Shown: one piece after another, positions 39,301 through 51,814 of the stretch
Numbering within the stretch: the stretch's first letter is position 1
Layout: each line of letters opens with the position of its first letter
From: Callorhinchus milii
Lineage: Eukaryota
DNA length: 64,000 bases
Direction of reading: 5' to 3'
Assembly (NCBI RefSeq): GCF_018977255.1
Contig: NW_024704755.1
Coordinates: 15,376,001 to 15,440,000, forward strand
Notes under the pieces: generated by a model
Told to the model about the DNA's origin: nothing
Database searches by the model: none
What the model saw: the letters and a program-made list of their open reading frames with translations, nothing else
Position numbers and translations under genes: made by a program

Positions 39301-40097
39301 GTTGTTGTTGTTGTTGGTATAAACCCGACATCTTCCATCAGTACGATAACAAATGGGCAATACTTTAGATGAATATTGCATTGATAAAAATATTTCAAGT
39401 TTAAATAAAATATTTCGCTGTGTGCTGTAGGATCACATGGGATTAAACGATTAAACAAACAATTTTGCCCATAACGATTTCAAAATGCCGCAATGTTCGC
39501 CTTTCAACATTATTTACATTATCAACTGTATTCACACTTACCATGTACAATTAAACGTGATCCATTTCCATTTGCTGCTATTTTCCCCTGACGGCTCACT
39601 GCACAGAGATAGACTCCTGAGTCATGGAAACTCACGTTTAGGAGCTGGAACGTTTTGAAATTGAATATTTTCCTGTTGTCAGGACTTGTATGTAAATATT
39701 CCTGTTCTCCTCGCTTCCACCAGTAAAAGGTTAAATCTGAAGTGGACTGAATATCGGCAAACTTGCAGCCGAAGGTAACGCTTTCACCTTGATTTGCTGT
39801 CTTGTCTACAGGATATTGGATCACTTTCATCGATGCATCCCCAGCAACTGTGAAAAAATAAATCAAATCTATAACTAGTGATTATAGAGTTGAAGCAATG
39901 TGACAAAATAAGTATAAGGAAAAAGGGAAAAAAGGCGGAAGAAAGAGAAAGCGAGGAAGAGATTTATGCATTCACTGAAACATTTTGAAACTCTTCATCA
40001 ATATCATTTTGTATTTAAGATCCGCTGTCGTAAAACAATTACCTGCGAAAATAATGCCCATCAGAGAAAGACAGGTGAAAACACCACTCGCCACCAT
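33350..40097 (-). CDS. I4: complete VJ-C1-TM inhibitory receptor with ITIM/ITSM-like tail (SIRP-alpha-like architecture)
   Basis: Seven coding exons: leader 40043-40097; V 39542-39847; C1 38026-38337; TM 36926-37039 (ALIAGCAGGGLAFLLLLIIIG); cyt1 34546-34589 (GPRRNQKGSSHCEEQ); cyt2 34049-34156 (..PVAYVTLNL..ESTVYAQ); cyt3 33350-33523 (..KLTYAALDL..NTEYAELHV..). Phases 1-1-1-1-0-0 join without a stop. Confidence 0.88.
35434..35644 (+). mobile_element. 5'-truncated L2 insertion with a 9-bp TSD (TTGTTATCT), I4-specific
   Basis: Absent from the I6 and N1 introns. Three copies of the 12-mer GAGGACAGCCTT lie at its 5' junction (35442-35477). Confidence 0.75.
35681..36866 (+). mobile_element. CR1-type LINE RT fragment, I4-specific
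   Basis: SGVSQGSVLGPQLFMIYINDL..KFAEDTK RT motifs and an (ATGTT)n tail. Absent at the equivalent I6 position near 60640. Confidence 0.9.
38825..39315 (+). mobile_element. L2-type LINE 3' fragment in the I4 V-C1 intron
   Basis: FKILILTYKAIHGLAPSYLSDLL..GGRAFS motif and (GTT)n tail; it interrupts gctgtgt|ggtataaa, which is continuous in the paralogs. Confidence 0.85.
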
Positions 40098-42731
40098 CGT
40101 GATCAGTTGCTGAGACTGACCATCAACATGTTATTGGGTGTAACAAACATTTGCTGATTGTCTAATATGAAATAATTCGCAGTATCATATGACTTCCTGT
40201 CTCCATGGTCAGAGATGATTGACATACGATTTGCAATGAGAATTGTGCCTTTCAATTGTAACTGAAATCACTCCTCAGATCGGCAGTCAAGAGGAAGGTA
40301 AATATATTCATATTATTGTCTGTTTTTTGTTTTCTGTATTCTTGCAATAATTCTCCATTTTCATCCACAAGTTCACATTTACAATTAGTGTATAATAAAT
40401 AATTATCTGTCTTAAAAGCTGATTTACAAAGCCAGAATTGTGCCTTTCAATCTCTCATTGTGCCTTAGAAATACTCCTCAGATTGGCAGCAAAGAGAAGG
40501 GTTACATATATCCATATTATTTTCTGGTTTTGTTTTCTGCATTCTTGCATTAATTCTTCCTTATCATAGGTACACAAGAACCTAAGAAATGCTGGACAAA
40601 AACATACCAAGCAACATCTCTTCCACCTTCCTGGTGGTTGCATGCTCATATGTCCCAAACTGCCTGTGTACTATATCCCCTCATGTTATTTCCTAGAAGA
40701 AAACTATCTAATCTGTGTTTGTAAGAATCAATGCCTTCCAGCTTCAATCATCTCCCCAGGGAGCCTGTTCCACAGTTTCACTATTCGCTTAGTGAATTAG
40801 TATTTGTGTAGATTCGTTCTGAATTTACATCCCTTGAATCGCAAGCCTTGTCCTTTGGTTTTACTATTCTGGACAAGATGAAACATCCTCTTATGTATCT
40901 ATATTGCCTAACCACTTAAAAATAGCACTCAGAGTGCCTCTCAATCATCTCTTTTCCAGCATGAACATGCCCAATTTACTTAGTCGCTGATCATAGTCCA
41001 GTCATTCCATTCCCTTAATCATTTGGTTGCCCTCCTCTGTATCACCTCAATTTCTCCAATATCATTATTGAACCCTCCATAGATTCGCATTTAAAATACG
41101 TATATAATAAAGATCTATATGTATTTAAAGCTGAACTATAGAGCTAAGGATGCTACACTGTCTCCAGTTTAACATCAAATTTAGGCTACACCAAGAGACG
41201 GCAATCTAATAGAAAGCGCACGGAGAGCAAAATTGACCTTAGAGTCAAATACAAAGATTTGATGTTCTGAGAAAAGGTACACTGTTTCCTCTGGAAACTG
41301 AGCATTGAATGCATTACCATATTGAATATCTTTCCATATTTTATTTAATGGAAATCAATATAAGTACAAAGTTTATGATTTCATTAACAATACATTATGG
41401 TTCGTCAATAGCAGATTTTTTGTAACAATTAATAGTAGACATTAGAGAAATACAAAATAAATGTTTTCATTTTTACAAAGTCAGTTTATCTTCTTTATGA
41501 AAACTACAATTGTAGCTTTATAAAATACTGTTTAGGCCTTAGCTAGAATACTGTGTTCAGTTCTGGGCACCCAACTTTAGGATGGATGTTAAGGCTTTGC
41601 CGAGGGTGCAAAGTAGATTCGCCAGCATGTAACCAGGATTGAGGGACTTCAGTTATCAGGAGAGGCTAGAGAAGCTCGGATTATTCCCTTGGAGCAGAGA
41701 CGGTTAAGTGGAGATTTATTAGAGGTTTTCAAAATTATGAGGGGATTTGATAGGGTGAATAAGGAGAACTATTTCCAGGGTCGGGTGAAGTTGACAAAAG
41801 AGTGGAGATGAGGAGAATTTTTTTCACACAGCGAGTTATTTGGATCTGGAATGCATTGCCTGAAAGGGTGGTGGAAGCTGATTTGGTAAGAACTTTCAAG
41901 AGAGATGTAGATAATTATTTGGGTTCCAGGGCTATGGGGAGAGAGCGGGGACTTGGCATTGAATTGAATAGCTCATTTCTAAGAACCGGCACACACATGG
42001 TGAACCGAATGGCCTCCTCCTATCCTGTATAATTCTATGATTGTGTGATTCTATGACACAGAGTTTCTCTCAATGAATACACTACCAGAGGTACAGCTTA
42101 ATTTTAGAAATATCTCTGAATAAATAATAATAATCCTTTATATGTGATTGATTTGCATCTATTTGCTCACAGCAATGTCTAATTAACATGTATGAAGTCA
42201 ATGATCAATTTTCTCTAGAGAAATGTTTGTCATGATACCCAGAGGAACCACTTCAATTTAGGAGGAATGCAAGATGATCTTCGCTGTACACCTGAGCACG
42301 CAGCTGTACTTCGTTCAGTGTCTCATCTATAAGGTAATAATAACAACTTGCATACACACATATTACGCCCTTCACATGGAGAAGCATCTACAAGTATCGT
42401 GAACTACATCTACAACAATGCAAATTAAACCCATTATGGCATTGGAGCATCAGCCCAGAATATGAGTTTAAAAGCTTGACCTTTGGCTGGAAATCAAACT
42501 GACTTTTTCAAGTAGATATGTGTTACCAGGTGTCAACTAACAGGAATTTTGATTCCACAGCATTCTCAACTGTGGATATTGTTCATGGAGAGTGTTTCGC
42601 ACTTTACATTGTTGAGGTTTCGCACAAAACATTGTTTTATAAATTGTGCACAAGCTTGGTATTGATATTAGGATTGGGAATTGGTAATCATCATTGAAGT
42701 GGAGCCTTGGGTTGAGCAATGCGCCACTTAC

Positions 42732-42974
42732 TTGGTATTTAAGGCTGATCAATCATGAGCACATGAGAAACCGTGAATGTTCAACTAGACTTAAGAAGGG
42801 GATTATTTTCTTGGTGTTTTATGAATCACAAAGTTGTATAAATAAACTGTACTCGAATAACATGTTTCATGAACGATAGGAATGATGCAGAAGAAGGTAA
42901 CGTTTGTCTCTCTGATGTTATTCACGCATTCCAGGATCAGTGCTACTTTGACCGAAAAATCACCAGTAGCAACC
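42732..42974 (-). pseudogene. Decayed X-type V exon upstream of I4
   Basis: Reads GDFSVKVALILECVNNIRETNVTFFC, so the first Cys is retained. Stops follow downstream; the gtaagt donor is retained. Confidence 0.65.
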
Positions 42975-45887
42975 CATCAGAAAAAATAACAAGGACAGAT
43001 TATACATTAAAATACCACTCCCCGCCATCACCCAACACTAGGATTCCGATCAGTTTTGACCCTGATGGTCTGTAACAAGCTGATCTACAACAAGTGTTTT
43101 GTCCAGAAAAATGTTTGTGTGTCATTTGACTTCCTGCCTTTGAGGGTTCAGGAAGTTGAGTTTGCATCGAAAGTGTAATTTGTAAGGTCACGTGATCACT
43201 AATGCTATGATGAGATTAACCCAATCCATTGGAAGCACATAAAAGATTTAAATGTTTCCAGCCTTTAAGGCAGAATTCAAGGTCACGTTGTGGATCTCGG
43301 GATGTTGGGGTTAACTAATACCTATTTGGTGGATCATCCGGGTGTCGAACCCACACAGAAAACCACGGTTAAGATTCTGCCAAGAGGGTTGGAGAGAGCG
43401 AGAGTGAGAGAGAGAAATGGAGAGAGCATGAGAGTGGGTGAGAGAGGTAAAGAAAGTGTTTGAGAAAGCGTGAGAGAGAAGAGGGAGAGAAAGTGATTCA
43501 GAGGGCGAGAGAGAACACGATAGAGAGATGGGGACAGAGAAACAAAGAAAGTGAGAGACAGAGGATCAGAGAGAGGAGGAGGTGAGGGCAGCGTTTCTTG
43601 GTTCATTTCTCAGGACAGATAGATGATTGGAGGCTGTCTTGGCCTCCGCGGAGAGACCGAGGACAGACACCGAGGGATGTGCTGTGTGGTTTCCTCACAG
43701 AAAGCTCTCTCTTTCCCCAGTGAGAAACATCTCTATGTCCGTCATCGCACAGCCCCTCCCCATCACACCCCTGCGACCCCCGACCTGGCACAAACACCAG
43801 CTTGCTTCATGCCCCCCACCCCATCTGCCCCACCATCGCCATCTGCCCCTGATCTCTGGAGTTCCATTTGTGGATCACTCCAAATCATTCCCTCCCTCCC
43901 CTCTTTCAAAGCAGTTGAATAAATATTTGACCACGCTTTTGATCATCGTTTCCTCGCCCCAGCCCCTCGCCCCCTCACATATTTGTATAGCGCCCCCAAA
44001 TAAAAACAGAAATCGCTGGGAACACTCAACAGTTCAGGCAGCATCTATGGAGAGAAGAAAATTAGTTAACGTTTCAGGTCAATGACCTTTCGTCAGAATT
44101 GGGGGATATTGAAAGGGAGCAGTTAATAAGGAAGAACAAAGTGGGCGGGAAAGAAAGACATAGAAAAAGTTAAGTGGAGGACAGTAGATGATGAGGTCAG
44201 AGATTTTGATGGTGCAAGATAAAAGATGGCAATAATGGGAGATTCGAGAAAGAAAAGATGCTTCTGCCACCGAGAGGATGTGTGAGTGGTTAAAGAAGAG
44301 GAGGAGGGCCGAGGCAAGGCTGAGAGGAGATAGGAGTGTTGTTTGTTTGAAGAACAAATCAGATAGATTTCTCGTAGATAATAATATCTCGGGTTACAGT
44401 ACATAGTTTCGGACGCGGCATCTCAGGCGACTGCCAGGAAGGAGGAACCCGAACTGATAGACCTTGGTTTTCTTTCGCCTCGCAAATTCATATGCTTTTG
44501 TGTTCTTAAGTTATTGTTGTTACCAACTTTGTGGGATCAGAAAATAGATCTAAACAATACTTCTCAACTCAAAGATTGGATGCATTTAATAGATTTCTGC
44601 ATGTCCCAGACATTGCTTTCCCCGGAGGCATGGAACAATCAATGGACTACCATTATGAAATTCATTGAACATTTTATTTATTGCAATTCAAAATGTTGAA
44701 ATAAAATCTATGTTCGATTACAATGCACGATACAGGGAACTTCGATATAAATTTTAGGCAAGTGGTATTACAGGTAACCCACAGAAATACAATAGAACCT
44801 ATATTATTTGCAAAGCCATAATCATCACACATACAAATAGCATGAGAATCCGGGTTGTGGAGAAGGCTCTGTGGCTAATGGTACATAGATTTATTAACAC
44901 CATCAACATCATTTTCGGTGACAGTCAGAAAAAGCAAAACTTGATCGACAATTCATGTACAACCGGACTCCGGGATATGCCTTGAAATTATTTAAAACAC
45001 TATATTCGCTGCGTTTGGTGTATTGCATTGTATTAGTAATTGTCGGTTCATTGGAGCCAAATTGACCAAGCTGATGTATAATATTTTGACTTGGGTTTAC
45101 GAAGAAAATCTGTGAAATTGCTGATATGTAACGGGTGAAAAATAAATAAGAGGTGATATTCCAGATATATTCCGACTCCTAAATGGTATAACTCAAACGC
45201 ATTCAAATATATTTTATACAGTATACTGCTCATAATTTATAATCTTCTGTTCTTCCAGTCCGTGTATTCCATTAGCATAATTGAATCACCTCAATCGTTT
45301 CTTCCTCACTTCATCTATAACAAAACAAGTAGTGTAATCGTGAATATCACCAATCCTTTGATTCTATGATCAATTGTAATAATTGCTGATTTTCACCAAA
45401 CAAATTGATGATTCATTCTGCAATGTTTACAACGAGACTGGAACCGTTACTCGTTTAGTTTAATTTTAAACGGTAATTAAACATATTCGGACAACACGAT
45501 TTGCAGTGAGATCGCCTTTTACGTTGGAAGGACGTCTGAAAGCGCTTGGCTGTGTTTGTGGGGCTCCGGAGCTGGAGACGGAATCCGAAGTATTGCATAT
45601 GACCCAAACCCAACCATGTAACACGGATCTGGTTGCTATTGCACGAATGTATTGTTCAATATTTCCGGATACCTGAAAGTTTGGATTAGATATGTTTATA
45701 TCCATTGATTATTAGAGATTCCGCCAACAGAACAAAAAGTAATTTCCGCATTGTAAAGTGTGTTGTCCCTGTAGCAGCGAACAACATGAACCTGTCCCCC
45801 TTTCATTGATAACTGTATGTGCGACGATATAAACACAATATTTGTCAATGAAAAGTCAATGCTCTTTTAAAGCGAAGAATGTTTTAC

Positions 45888-48800
45888 CTTTTATGTGGGT
45901 TGATTGTAAGATAGTCAACAATGATGATGGTCAACAGTAACACTGCCACAAAGCATAACATAAAACGGATAATCATCATAACGGGCATTCCACCATTATC
46001 TGGAAAACAAATTACGAAACTATAACATGTTTACATCAAAACTACTGAATAATCATTCTGTATTGGGAAAATGCACACGTTTTCCTTTTTTTACTGGAAC
46101 GCTATAAAATGCGCATTCAATCAATTGCAAATAACAGCGAATAGTAGTGAAAATCAACGCGCGGCATTTTATTAGTGATGTTATAGAGACACAGTTATAC
46201 ATTATGTGACAGCAGTTCCCCATTGACTGTGCGCTCAGCTTCAAATGTACCGATAGAATGTGTGTTCTGACCCGAGCCATAGAGAGCCACAGTCACCAAA
46301 ACTCATTGCATTGGAAATGTGCTCTCATCCCGAAAATCTATAAAACATCTCACAAGCGAGTTTTATTTTAATGCAGTGATTGTTGTTATAAAGGAATACG
46401 TAACAGCAGATTTGTTCCAAATCGTCCTCAGAAAATGGAGTGGATTAATGAACCAATAGTATTTATGTTTCATTTGTGAACGCGTTTCAGTCCAAAAGTC
46501 CAATTTCTGATGAACGCGCAGGACTATTGCACTTTAGAGAGGTTACTACATGTCAACAACGCTTTGAATGAGACATATTCAGAATTTAAAAACAAAACAA
46601 GAACATACGCAGATTTGAGATATTCTTCGATTCAAAGACTATACATTTAAAATTGGATTTTACATATATATGGAGTTTTCAGCGAGAAACTTATATAACT
46701 ATAAATTGTAGCGTAAATAATGTAAATCCAATTGCCAGTAACAAGGTATTTAACAACAAATGACAGTAAGACAAGTAACTTCCTACCATCAACTTCTGTT
46801 TTGGGTTCAGAAACGGCGTAGACGGCAACTGCTGGAATCCGAAGGCTGACATGAGATACCACACAGGTATAAATAACTCCGCTCTGCACAGACTCTGTCT
46901 CTTCCATAGAGCTCGAAACTTTGTAAAGTCCATTTGAATTCTTTTCTTTGGTGTCATTTATCCCAGTTTTAACTTCATTGCCATTTTTATACCAAGTCAG
47001 CGTTACATCTTCCGGGTAAAACTCAGCCGTTTCACACACAAGAGTCTGAGACTTTGATGAATCTCTTTCAGAATCTCTGTGGAATATCTTCAGTGGGGTT
47101 GGGGGGACTGTAGGGCAGACAGTGGGGCAGAATCACATTACGGGTGAGCAGTTGGAATATGAAATGTTATTCCCAGTTGAAATGTATATGAATTGATTCC
47201 GAGCGACATTTTAACAAAGGAAGGTTTTCCGAGACGTTAACCCATGTGACGGGCGCTATATAAATGTACGTTATTGTTGGCATAACAAGGAATCTGGATT
47301 GCAACGGCAAGAAACTGATCCTGTTCAGATGTTTTATTTGGAACAACGTTTCTGGTACCAATATTAAACGATGCCCTGCAGGAGGTCCAGATATTCATTC
47401 ACCAAATTAACAGTTGGATGAAAGGATTTAACTTCGACGATAAGATGGGTAAACGTGATTTATGTTTGATAGATCTGAGAAGTAATTTGATTGAGCTGTC
47501 AACGAATACTAAAATAGTGCATTCTTTCCAATAGAGGAATAACAATAGAAAGGGACACAATCCTAATACTTTGGCTAAACCTGGTGAGACGTGAAATGAA
47601 ACCATTCTATTCACATGTAGTTCAGTGAAATTGTGGAAACCACTCCCATAAGTGGCCTTAAATGCCGATTTAAGTGGGATATTTATTGATAAGGGAGAGA
47701 AATAAAAGTTTTAAGGGGTCTGGAAAGTGGCGGAGAGATTGGATGAAAAGTTCTGCCACCGTTCTCGAACAACAGTAACCTATATGTATTGGGCGCTCTT
47801 CACACAGGATACCGTCCCGGAGAAAACTGGAGATTTCACCACAATTAGAGACATAAGCAAATCCTCCCCTTTCACTCCAACATTGATTTTGTTCTGCTCT
47901 GTTTTTAAATTTGATAAGTTTCCAACGAATTTTCCATAATTAGAACAGGTAATTCAAAATCATTTCACTACTGTTTGTGGGACATTGTTGAGCGCCAATT
48001 GTTCATGTTATTTCAAATTGTCTAAGTGTGTTTAAACATTTGCCTTTGATATGAATCAGTAATTATTTAAATGTCCGGACCCCAGTACAAGGGATTTTGA
48101 TTAATAATAATAATGCTTGAACCTGAAGCCATAGGGCTCTCGCTCAAACATTGCATTTCTTTGTCTGTGTACACTATAATCTTCATGTCTTGATGTGGGA
48201 AATCTGACTAAATGCGTTCAGGTCAGAATAAAATACCATATAGAGCTAATATTCTACTGACGGCAGGAGGAGGGCTATACATGTTTGAAAGCGTTGCATA
48301 ACGGAGTTATTAGCGACTCAAATTCCCACTTTGCTGTGTGGTATAAACCCGCCGTTCCCTTCAGTACAGTAACGAAGGGGGAAATTGCATTTGAATAATA
48401 TTTCGTTGATAAAATGTGTTTTGGGTTAAAGTCAAATCTGTTCCCGTGTCCTGTGCTATCATAACTTTTTGTGAGAGTAGAAAATAGTACTCTCACAAAA
48501 CGTTATGACAGCACAGGACGTCAGTTTAGTGTAAAATAGTTTATCCATAACGATTTCTGTAGTCCTGTAGCTCAGTGGTTAGAGCACTCGCTTTGCAAGT
48601 GAGAAACCTGAGTTCAATTCCAGGCAGAGGGCGAAACCTTGGGCAAGTTTCCTTACTCCACACAGAGCCTAATAATAATCCCTCCAAAAAAAAACAATAA
48701 TTAAATTGGTCATTTTCAATCTACGACTGTTTGTGGGACATTGCTGTGCGCAATTGGCTGCCGCGTTCGCCCACAAATATAGTCAATTCACTTTACAGTA

Positions 48801-49505
48801 TACTCTGTGAAGCGCTTTGGGACGTCCTCCCGACGTGAAAAGCGCTATATCAAATGCAAGGATTATTATTATTATTATTATTATTATTATTTCAAATTGC
48901 CCCAATACTCGCCTTTCAGCATTCCCCGTTCCTGTTGCACTCACACTTACCATGTACAGTTAAACTGGTTCCAGTCCCATTTCCTGCTATTTTCCCCTTA
49001 TGGACCGCTGCACAAATATAGACTCCGGAGTCGTTGAAATTCAGATTTAGGATCTGGAACGTTTTGTAATCAAATATTCTCCTGTTGTCAGGTCGTGTGT
49101 GCAAATATTCCCTCTCTCCTCGCTTCCACCAATATAATGTTGTATCTGAACCAGATTGACTGTCAGCAAACTTGCAGCCGAAGGTAACGTTTTCACCTCG
49201 GATTGCTGTTCGCTCTGCAGGATACTGAATCACTCTCATCGATGTACCACCAGTAACTGTGAGAAAATACATCAAATCTATCATTAGTAATTGTGGAACC
49301 TAAAACTAGAAAAGTGACAAAATAGCTATAGGACAGGATGGAGAGAAGGTGGAAGAAAGAAAAAACAGATGAACGTATTCATTAAACACATTTTGAAACT
49401 CTTCATGAATATCGTTTTGTATTTAAGATCCGCTGTAGTAAAACAATTACCTGTGAAAATAATCCCCATCAGAGAAAGACAGGGGAACACATCACTCGCC
49501 ACCAT
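45888..49505 (-). CDS. A5: VJ-C1-TM receptor with Arg in the TM (putative activating); recent duplicate of A3
   Basis: Leader 49451-49505; V 48951-49256 (1 aa different from A3); C1 46787-47107; TM 45888-45999. Canonical splice sites. Confidence 0.85.
48558..48888 (+). mobile_element. Young full-length tRNA-derived Deu-domain SINE with (TTA)n tail
   Basis: A/B-box head gtagctcagtggttagagc..gttcaattcc and tail aaagcgctatatcaaatgcaaggattattatt. Flanked by an ATTTC duplication (48553-57 and 48889-93). Absent at the paralogous site near 24070. Confidence 0.9.
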
Positions 49506-50395
49506 CGTGATCAGTTGCTGAGACTCACCATCAACATGTTATTGGGTGTAACAAACATTTGCTGATTGTCTAATATGAAATAATTCGCAGTGTCATATGA
49601 CTTCCTGTCTCCATGGTCAGAGATGAGTGACATACGATTTGCAAAGAGAATTGTGCTTTTGAATTGTAACTGGAATCACTCCTCAGATCGGCAATCAAGA
49701 TGAAGGCAAATATATTCATATTTTTGTCTCTTTTTGTTTTCTGTATTCTTTGAATAATTCTCCATTTTCAGTCCCCATATTAACATTGATAATTGGTATA
49801 TAATAAACAATTATATGTCTTTATAGTGGATATACAAACCTAATGAAACTACATTTTCTCCAGTTTAGCATCAGTTTTAGGCTACACCATGGAACGGCAA
49901 TCCAAGGGAAAGCACACAGAGAACCAAAATGATCTTTGAATCAAACACAAATGTTTGGTTTATCTAATGTTCTGAGCAAAGGTACAATGGTTTCTCTTGA
50001 ACCTAAGCCTTTAATCAATCAATATATTACCATATTGAATGTAGTTCCATATTTTATTGAATGCAATTCAATATAATGAATACAAAGCATATCTGGATGA
50101 TTTTTTAGTAACAATTTAACAATAGATATTACAGAAATGCAAAATAAATGCTTCCATTTTTACAAAATCAATTTATCTTCTTTACAAACTCTACAATCAT
50201 ACAGAATCTCTTTCCTTTACAGGATAATAATCCTTTACACGTGATTTATTTGCACCTATTTGCACGCAGTCGTGTCCCATAAGTAGACATGAAGTGAATG
50301 ACCAATTTTCTCTGAGAATTGTTGGTCATGATACTCAGAGGACCCATTTCAACTGAGGAATGATACTAAGAGATCTTTAACCTACCCCTGAACAG

Positions 50396-51814
50396 TCAGT
50401 CTGGACGTTGGTTCAACGGCTCATCTAAAGGATAAGAAGAACACTCTGCAAACATATTGCGCCTTTCACGCGGAACAGCTTCTCCGGACATCTGGAACTA
50501 CAGCTATGACAATGCAGAACACAGCATTACAGCATTGGAGCATCAGCTTAGAATATGGACTCAAAGTCTCAACCTTGGGCTTAAACCCAAAGTGCACATG
50601 TTACCAGGCATCACCTCGTTTGATTGCACAGCTTCCTCAGTCTCAGCTGTGGATAATGCCCGTGGATGGTGTTCAGTGGCGGTCAGCAGAAGTGAAACAT
50701 ATGTATATTTTGGAGGGTTAGACTTTCAGTCCGAGAGGGTCGGCACAAAACTTTCATCAGACTATGTTTTATGAATTGTGCACAAACTTGATGTTAGGAG
50801 TGGGAATGGTCATCGTAATAGATCCCTGGGTTGAAACGTCAAGAAACGCCACTTACTTGGCATTTACAGCCGATCAACTGTGAGCGCATGAAAAACCGAG
50901 AGTGTTCAATTGCCCCTTTGCCTTTTGTATGGATTTTGAATTACTGCTATGAATAATATGGATAAATGATGTAACAATTATTGTTTTAGAATTGATAAAA
51001 TGTATTATTTGCTAATGTGGTGAGTTGTATTATTTTGGTCTTAAGTTATGCAGTGATCGAAATTAAAATTGTATTTCCACTTAATATGCTTTTAATAATA
51101 TTCTTGCATTTGGTATAGTGCCTTATCATGTCTTCGAGACGTCTGATTCGCTTTTAAAATGAATAAAATGCGAAAGTTATTAATGGACAAACAATATTAA
51201 TAACTATATAGCATTCACCGCATTTATTACTTTTTGTGTGATTTCTAAATGCCAATTTCGCTCTTCATTCACACTCACTGCACACAATTAATCGTGATCC
51301 AGATCCTCTTCTAATTATTGATCCCTGATGGACCACTGCACAGCGATAGACTCCAGAGTCCTGTAAACTCACATTCAAGAACTGGAAGAAGCCGCTTCCT
51401 TTAGTTTTTACACCAAATAGTTTCCTGCGATCCTCCTTTGTATCCAAATAGCCGCTCTCACCCTTCTTATCCCACTGCACCTTCACTCCTGAACTGCCTT
51501 GAGGGAAGGGAAAGTTACAGTGGAAGGTAACGTGTGTCCCTCTGATGGCAGCCACAGGGTCGGGGATTTGAGTCACTTTCACCGAAGCATCGCCATCAAC
51601 TGTCAGAAAATAAAGTCAAACACTGACTTCTTAGATGATAAGCAATGGAGAAAACAAATGAGTAAAAGAGGAGAAAACGTAAGTGTATAAGATAAATGTC
51701 ACATGGAAACAAGTTTGCACATATTTCATAGAAGAACTGAACTATATAATGAACATATATACCTGTTGAAATAATATGTAAGGCCGACAGGTACAGGAAG
51801 ACAACACTCACCAT
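50396..51814 (-). CDS. X5: C1-less leader-V(J) gene, possibly secreted single-V protein
   Basis: Leader 51763-51814 (MVSVVFLYLSALHIIST). V 51279-51599 has an intact acceptor and donor and the motifs C..W..DSGVYRC..GSGSRLIV. Candidate in-frame stalk exon 50605-50646 and terminal exon 50396-50424 (DEPLNQRPD*). Leader and V are well supported; the downstream exons are inferred. Confidence 0.65.

Noticed and set aside
48561-48635. tRNA-like sequence (also near 1583, 37633, 61402 and 63140)
   Set aside because: These are SINE heads: each continues into a Deu-like body and an L2-type tail and lacks a complete acceptor stem.
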